Source: Telmatocola sphagniphila
GTDB taxonomy: Bacteria; Planctomycetota; Planctomycetia; Gemmatales; Gemmataceae
DNA length: 32,000 nt
Direction: 5' to 3'
Assembly (NCBI RefSeq): GCF_018398935.1
Contig: NZ_CP074694.1
Coordinates: forward strand, 360,001-392,000
Each line of letters opens with the position of its first letter. Positions within the stretch are counted from its first letter, which is position 1. The notes under the pieces are model-generated. The model was not told the origin of the DNA. It saw only the letters and a program-made list of their open reading frames with translations, and ran no database searches. The position numbers were made by a program, and so were the translations under genes. Below, one piece after another: positions 27,155 to 32,000 of the stretch.

Positions 27155-27700
27155 ATGTCTCTGATGGTGCTACCGCCCTCCGAAGTTCTGCAAAAATTGA
27201 AATCGAAATCCGGCAAGCTCATCGATGTGCGAACTCCCGCCGAGTACGAATCGCTTCATGCCGAAGGGGCGGTGTTGATGCCGCTCGACAAGCTGGATCC
27301 GCTAGCTCTGAAAACCAACTATCCCGATAACGATTTCTACGTGATTTGCCGTTCGGGAGGACGGGGCAAACAGGCTTGCGAAAAGTTGCAGGCCGCCGGG
27401 ATTGATCGGGTCATCAACGTTGAAGGCGGAACCCTGGCCTGGGAAAAAGAGGGATTGCCCGTTATTCGCGGTCGCCAGACCATGTCCCTCGAACGTCAGG
27501 TTCGCATTGCCGCGGGAAGTCTGGTCGTGATGGGATTAAGCCTGGGTTACTTCATTCATCAGGCGTTTTTTGGCATCTCGGCTTTCGTCGGTTGCGGGCT
27601 CGTGTTCGCGGGACTTACCGATACCTGCGGAATGGGTATGATTCTCGCCAAAATGCCCTGGAATAATCGAAAGCCCGTAGCCAGTTGTCAGGTAAGTTGA
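27155..27700 (+). CDS. Rhodanese-domain sulfurtransferase fused to DUF2892 (YgaP-like) membrane segment
   Basis: Rhodanese active-site loop VICRSGGRGKQA. The C-terminal hydrophobic region AAGSLVVMGLSLGYF ... GCGLVFAGLTDTCGMG is typical of DUF2892. GGAG lies 9 nt upstream of the ATG, and the gene starts 24 nt after the desulfurase stop. Confidence 0.85.
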   Translation: MSLMVLPPSEVLQKLKSKSGKLIDVRTPAEYESLHAEGAVLMPLDKLDPLALKTNYPDNDFYVICRSGGRGKQACEKLQAAGIDRVINVEGGTLAWEKEGLPVIRGRQTMSLERQVRIAAGSLVVMGLSLGYFIHQAFFGISAFVGCGLVFAGLTDTCGMGMILAKMPWNNRKPVASCQVS

Positions 27701-27720
27701 ATCTGCGACAGAACTTCAAG

Positions 27721-27766
27721 AAATGAAAAAACCCCGCTGAGTTTGGTGTTCCACTCTCAGACGGGG
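27721..27766 (-). terminator. Rho-independent-type terminator read on the minus strand (hairpin + U-tract), possibly also acting for the plus-strand operon
   Basis: ccccgctgag (27732-27741) pairs with ctcagacgggg (27756-27766) with one bulge. On the minus strand the hairpin is followed by ttttttcattt (complement of 27721-27731). It lies downstream of the minus-strand aminotransferase stop (27936) and 21 nt after the rhodanese stop. Confidence 0.5.
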
Positions 27767-27935
27767 CCGGAACAGAGAAGAGGCTGTTTGTAAAAGTAAC
27801 TAAGCGTTGTAAATATGTCAATCTCAGCTTGTAAATATTTCCAAGATAACCACTTACTGCTTTTCTAAATACATTCCATTTCGCCTAAATTACCATTTCG
27901 TGTAGATATTATACGCTACATTATGGGTTCCCGAT

Positions 27936-29111
27936 TTATTTGCTGGCAGCGGGCATCTTCTGTCGGAGCTTAACGAGCTTCTCACCGGCTTTGTGCAGCG
28001 TCTCATCCTTCTTGGCGAACATAAAGCGAACTTTAGTACGGCCCAACTCCTTCGGCTCGTAGAAACTGCTGCCCGGTACGCCGGCGACCCCGACTTTTTC
28101 GATCATCGTGCGGACGAATTCGACGTCGTTGTTCCAGCCCATTTTGGAGAAATCGCACATGACATAATAGGCCCCGTCGGGGGCATGAAATTCGAAACCG
28201 GCTTCCTGAAGGTAAGGCAGAAAGATCTGTCGGCGATGGAGATAATCGGACTTCAATTTGGCGTAGTAGGCTTCACCGAAGCCGATGGCCGCGGTGCCGG
28301 CGACCTGTAATGGATGCGGGGCGCCCACCGTCAGAAAATCGTGAGCCTTTCGGATGCCGGAAGTGATCTCGGGCGGTGCCACACAATATCCCAGTCTCCA
28401 ACCGGTGACACTGAAAGTTTTCGACAAACCGCTGATCGTCACTGTGCGATTGGCCATGCCAGGCAGCGAAGCAATGCTGATGTGCGGACGGTCGGTGTAC
28501 TGAATGTATTCGTAGATCTCATCGGAGAGGGCAAAGGCGTTATGTTCCTGGCAGAGTTGAGCAATGAATTCCAGTTCCTCGCGATTGAAAACCTTCCCAG
28601 TTGGGTTATTGGGCGTGTTAATGATGATTGCTTTGGTTTTGGAATTGAAGGCTTTACGCAACTCGTCCCGGTCGAAGCTCCAATCCGGGGCCCGCAAGGT
28701 GACAAAGACTCGCTTGGCTCCCGTTAAGAGGGCATCCGGGCCGTAGTTCTCGTAGAAGGGCTGGAAGATAATCACTTCATCGCCGGGATTGATGAGCGCC
28801 AGCATGGTGGCCATCATGCATTCGGTGGCTCCGCAGCACACCGTGATATGGGCATCGGCATCGCACCACTCGAGCTTGTTGAAAGTGCGCATCTTCCCGG
28901 CGATGGCCTGCCGCAAGCTGGCGATTCCCCAGGTCACGGCGTACTGGTTGTAGCCATCCCGGATCGCTTTGCAGGCGGCCTCTTTCAGATCGGGGTGCGG
29001 ATCGAAATCGGGCATTCCCTGTCCCAGATTCAATGCCTGAAATTGATTCGCCAGCCGGGTCGTTTCTCGAATCACCGATTCTGTGAAATAGCTGACGCGA
29101 TCGGAAAGCAT
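27936..29111 (-). CDS. PLP-dependent aminotransferase class I/II (YbdL / kynurenine aminotransferase / glutamine transaminase K-like)
   Basis: LNLGQGMPDF, YNQYAVTWGIASLRQAIAGK, INTPNNPTGKVF and SGLSKTFSVTGWRLGY (PLP lysine) motifs. I use ATG 29111, with AAGGAG 9 nt upstream (the track start 29120 is TTG). It starts 16 nt after the cysW stop. Confidence 0.85.
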   Translation of the reverse strand: MLSDRVSYFTESVIRETTRLANQFQALNLGQGMPDFDPHPDLKEAACKAIRDGYNQYAVTWGIASLRQAIAGKMRTFNKLEWCDADAHITVCCGATECMMATMLALINPGDEVIIFQPFYENYGPDALLTGAKRVFVTLRAPDWSFDRDELRKAFNSKTKAIIINTPNNPTGKVFNREELEFIAQLCQEHNAFALSDEIYEYIQYTDRPHISIASLPGMANRTVTISGLSKTFSVTGWRLGYCVAPPEITSGIRKAHDFLTVGAPHPLQVAGTAAIGFGEAYYAKLKSDYLHRRQIFLPYLQEAGFEFHAPDGAYYVMCDFSKMGWNNDVEFVRTMIEKVGVAGVPGSSFYEPKELGRTKVRFMFAKKDETLHKAGEKLVKLRQKMPAASK

Positions 29112-29127
29112 AAACTTCAACTCCTTG

Positions 29128-30024
29128 CTAAGCCTTGAGCGCGAGATTACTGTTACGGGATTTCTCCTGCCGTAATTTTCGTTCCACGCCGACTTTAATC
29201 AACAGGGTGACCAGAGAAAGCATGGTCAGAACGCTGGCCACGGCGAAGGCCGCCGGAGTGTTATATTCCTGGAAGAGCTTTTCTATGCGTAAAGGCATGG
29301 TATCCGTCTGCGAAGCGATTCGCCCCGATACGACATAGACCGCCCCAAATTCTCCCATCGCTCGTGCGTTGCAGAGAATTACTCCATAAAGCAAGCCCCA
29401 TTTGATATTCGGCAGAGTGATGCGAAAGAACATTTCCCAACCTGAAGCCCCAAGGCTACGGGCGGCGATTTCTTCCTCGCTTCCCACGGCCTCCAGGACC
29501 GGGATCAATTCCCGGGCGATGAAAGGAAAAGTCACAAACGCGGTGGTGAGAACTAAAGCGGGGGGAGCGAAAATAATCTGATAGCCATGCTCGCGGAGCC
29601 AGGCCCCCATCGGCGTCTGCAAACCGAACAGCAGCACAAAAACCAGCCCTGCCACTACGGGTGAGACCGAGAAGGGCAGGTCGATGAGTGTGGTGAGAAT
29701 CGTTCGGCCGGGGAAACGAAAGCGGGCGATGGTCCAGGCCGCGGCCACACCGAATATCAGGTTCATGGCCACGGCCACGGGAACCACCATCAGCGTCAGA
29801 AAAATGGCATGGCGGGTATCGGGATCGGCGGTGATATTTTTCCAGTAGACCAGCATACCCCGGCTAAAGGCTTGCACGAACACGCTGATCAACGGCACCA
29901 CCACCAGAATGCCGACGATGCCGAAGGTTAGTCCGATAAGGACAATTCGGACAAGCAGGGGATCACTCGATCGCCGCTTGGCATACGGCACAATATCGCG
30001 GACATCTTGAGCTTTAGCTTCCAT
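29128..30024 (-). CDS. cysW: Sulfate/thiosulfate ABC transporter permease CysW
   Basis: 298-aa polytopic permease with an ABC permease EAA-type loop (EEIAARSLGASGWEMFFRITLPNIKWGL). It is second in the sbp-cysT-cysW order and overlaps the cysT stop by 11 nt. Confidence 0.8.
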   Translation of the reverse strand: MEAKAQDVRDIVPYAKRRSSDPLLVRIVLIGLTFGIVGILVVVPLISVFVQAFSRGMLVYWKNITADPDTRHAIFLTLMVVPVAVAMNLIFGVAAAWTIARFRFPGRTILTTLIDLPFSVSPVVAGLVFVLLFGLQTPMGAWLREHGYQIIFAPPALVLTTAFVTFPFIARELIPVLEAVGSEEEIAARSLGASGWEMFFRITLPNIKWGLLYGVILCNARAMGEFGAVYVVSGRIASQTDTMPLRIEKLFQEYNTPAAFAVASVLTMLSLVTLLIKVGVERKLRQEKSRNSNLALKA

Positions 30025-30838
30025 GCCGTTTGCTCCAGCGTTCCAGAAGATTGATCGTGACCAGCAAAAGAAACGAGAAACTCAACAGCACGACGGCGAT
30101 GGCTGCCGCTTCCCGGTAGGAGAATTCTTCGAGCCGAGCCACGATGAGGGATGGGGCAATCTCCGTTTTGGAAGGGATGTTGCTGGAAATGAACACCACC
30201 GAGCCATATTCCCCAATAGACCGGGCGAAGGCGAGCGTGAAACCGGTCAGAGCAGGGGGGATCAGAGTTGGCAGGAGCACCCGCCGGAAGCTCTGCCAGC
30301 GGTCCGCGCCGAGAATGCCCGCCGCTTCTTCCACTTCGCTGTCGATTTCTTCGAGCACCGGTTGCACCGTTCGCACGACGAAAGGAAAGCCGGTGAATAT
30401 CAAAACCAGCACGATGCCGAATTGAGAATACGCTCCTTCAATTCCCAGTGGAACTAAAAACTGACCAAACCAGCCATCCTTCACATACAGGCTGGCGTAG
30501 ACCAGGCCCGCCACGGCGGTCGGCAGGGCGAAGGGCACATCCACCAGGGCATCGATCACGCGTTTTAATGGAAATTCATACCGCACGAGAGACCAGGCGA
30601 CAATCAGACCCAAGACCGTGTTGACCAGTGCGGCAATCAGAGACAGGCTGAAGGTCAGCTTGTAAGCAGCAATCGCTCGGGGAGTCCAGACCGCCGCGAT
30701 GAAATCTCGAACTCCCAATTCCGAAGCTTTGAGAAAGCAGGCCAGCAAAGGAATGAGGACTAACAGACTGAGATAGGAAACCGTGTAACCCAGGCCGAGC
30801 GAGTAGCCGGGCAGTATATTTCGATTGGCTGAACTCAA
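30014..30838 (-). CDS. cysT: Sulfate/thiosulfate ABC transporter permease CysT
   Basis: 274 aa. N-terminus NRNILPGYSLGLGYTVSYLSLLVLIPL resembles the E. coli CysT N-terminus (RRVLPGF...). EAA loop EEAAGILGADRWQSFRRVLLP. TTG start with GGAG 6 nt upstream. Confidence 0.8.
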   Translation of the reverse strand: MSSANRNILPGYSLGLGYTVSYLSLLVLIPLLACFLKASELGVRDFIAAVWTPRAIAAYKLTFSLSLIAALVNTVLGLIVAWSLVRYEFPLKRVIDALVDVPFALPTAVAGLVYASLYVKDGWFGQFLVPLGIEGAYSQFGIVLVLIFTGFPFVVRTVQPVLEEIDSEVEEAAGILGADRWQSFRRVLLPTLIPPALTGFTLAFARSIGEYGSVVFISSNIPSKTEIAPSLIVARLEEFSYREAAAIAVVLLSFSFLLLVTINLLERWSKRHGS

Positions 30839-30888
30839 ATTTTACTCCGCAAAAGCATCCAAGCCGAGGATCCTTCACACTGTCTTGA

Positions 30889-31908
30889 TCAGGGCCGGGC
30901 ATAGATTCCATCGAACACGCCGTTCTCGGCAAAGAACTTCTTCTGAATCGCATCCCAGTTTGGGGCGATCAGGGTGGAAGGAAAAAGGTCGATTGGCGGG
31001 AAGCGATCGGTATAGCGCTTCCAGATTTTCTCGTTGGTCGGCCGATAGAAGTGCTGGGCAATCACTTCCTGGGCCTCTTCCGTGTAGAGGAATTTCAAAT
31101 ATTCCTCGGCCACCACTTTGGTCTTTTTTCGAATCACGTTAGCATCCACAACGGCCACATGCGGTTCGGCCAGAATGCTGGTTTTCGGATAGATGATTTC
31201 CAGTTCGCCCTTCGCTTCCTGCGCTTCCAGATACGCTTCGTTTTCCCAGGTGAGATGGACATCGCCGATCTTTTTGGTCGCAAACGTCATCGTCGCTCCA
31301 CGCGCGGCGGCGTCCAGAACAGGTACATTTTTGTAGAGTCGGGTGACGAAATCGAGAGCATCGTTTTCCGTGCCCCCCTGTTTGAGAATCGCCCCCCAGG
31401 CAGCCAGAAAGCTCCATTTGCCATTCCCGGAAGTCTTGGGATTGGGAGTGATGACGCTGATGTCCGACTTCGTCAGGTCCGACCAGTCTTTGATGCCTTT
31501 GGGATTCCCTTTTCGCACCACAAAAACGATCGTCGAAACATAGGGAAGCGATCGATTCGGCAGCCGATCCTCCCAGCCCGGTTCGATCAGACCGGCCTTG
31601 CGAACGGCATCGGTATCCGACCACAAGGCGAGTGTAATCACGTCGGCATCGAGGCCGTCGATCACGGCACGGGCCTGGCTGCCCGAACCGCCGTGCGACT
31701 GGCGGATCGAGACTTTTTGCCCTTTTTCCTCGGCGAATTTACGGATAAACCGCTCGTTGATGTCTTTCCACAATTCCCGGGTGGGATCGCAGGCGACATT
31801 CAGCAGTTGAATTTCCGACGTGGTTCGAACCACCCCGGAAGCGAGGATCCACAGAGTGGACCCGAGGAGGTAGAGCGCCAGTAGGCCGAGGATAATTTTG
31901 CGTGTCAT
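30889..31908 (-). CDS. sbp: Sulfate ABC transporter periplasmic substrate-binding protein (Sbp/CysP family)
   Basis: Signal anchor, then LLNVACDPTRELWKDINERF ... SIRQSHGGSGSQARAVIDGLDADVITLALWSDTD, which closely matches the conserved Sbp/CysP blocks. Confidence 0.88.
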   Translation of the reverse strand: MTRKIILGLLALYLLGSTLWILASGVVRTTSEIQLLNVACDPTRELWKDINERFIRKFAEEKGQKVSIRQSHGGSGSQARAVIDGLDADVITLALWSDTDAVRKAGLIEPGWEDRLPNRSLPYVSTIVFVVRKGNPKGIKDWSDLTKSDISVITPNPKTSGNGKWSFLAAWGAILKQGGTENDALDFVTRLYKNVPVLDAAARGATMTFATKKIGDVHLTWENEAYLEAQEAKGELEIIYPKTSILAEPHVAVVDANVIRKKTKVVAEEYLKFLYTEEAQEVIAQHFYRPTNEKIWKRYTDRFPPIDLFPSTLIAPNWDAIQKKFFAENGVFDGIYARP

Positions 31909-31945
31909 GGGAATTCACTTTTCTTCGTATGTGTACAATCTACGA

Positions 31946-32000
31946 ATGGAATCGAAATACGACGAAGCCACGGCGTACCACGAGGCCGGTCATGCGGTCG
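31946..32000 (+). CDS. 5-prime fragment of an HEXXH metalloprotease-like gene (FtsH/M41-type motif), runs off the window
   Basis: ATG 31946 gives MESKYDEATAYHEAGHAV. AYHEAGHA is the zinc-binding motif context of M41 peptidases. Only 18 codons are visible. Confidence 0.3.
   Translation, partial: MESKYDEATAYHEAGHAV

Overview
The window looks like a chromosomal segment from a PVC-superphylum bacterium, most likely a planctomycete. This is an inference from two giant PVC-type ThuA/dehydrogenase/HEAT/CxxCH proteins, many signal-anchored hypotheticals, and moderately GC-rich coding with long antisense shadow ORFs. No search was run; all calls rest on motifs read from the translations and on nucleotide comparison by eye.

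Ordinary content:
- a metallophosphoesterase
- two adjacent CrtI-family carotenoid desaturase homologues downstream of a PIG-L deacetylase
- an APC amino-acid permease
- a divergent pair of giant heme-binding dehydrogenase-like proteins plus a HEAT-repeat protein
- a DUF58 protein
- a PaaK-like adenylate-forming enzyme
- a half-size EamA transporter

The stand-out locus is 22.5-27.7 kb. It holds two tandem copies of a ~480-aa protein that I read as a family 2B (cyclic-nucleotide-binding-domain) encapsulin shell protein. These are followed by a SufS-type cysteine desulfurase with a ~147-aa disordered N-terminal extension (candidate cargo-loading domain) and a rhodanese/DUF2892 protein. The next transcription unit is a sulfate ABC uptake operon, sbp-cysT-cysW, with a PLP aminotransferase where cysA normally sits.

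The two shell copies are identical at nucleotide level over ~1372 nt except for one substitution and one single-C indel, which frameshifts the upstream copy. Their first 42 nt and their 3-prime tails are clearly diverged. The identical core uses a codon dialect and strand composition (G-rich, C-poor, TTG/AAG/GAG/ATA codons) unlike both the host genes and the cargo gene.

I saw no tRNA, rRNA, CRISPR array or transposase.
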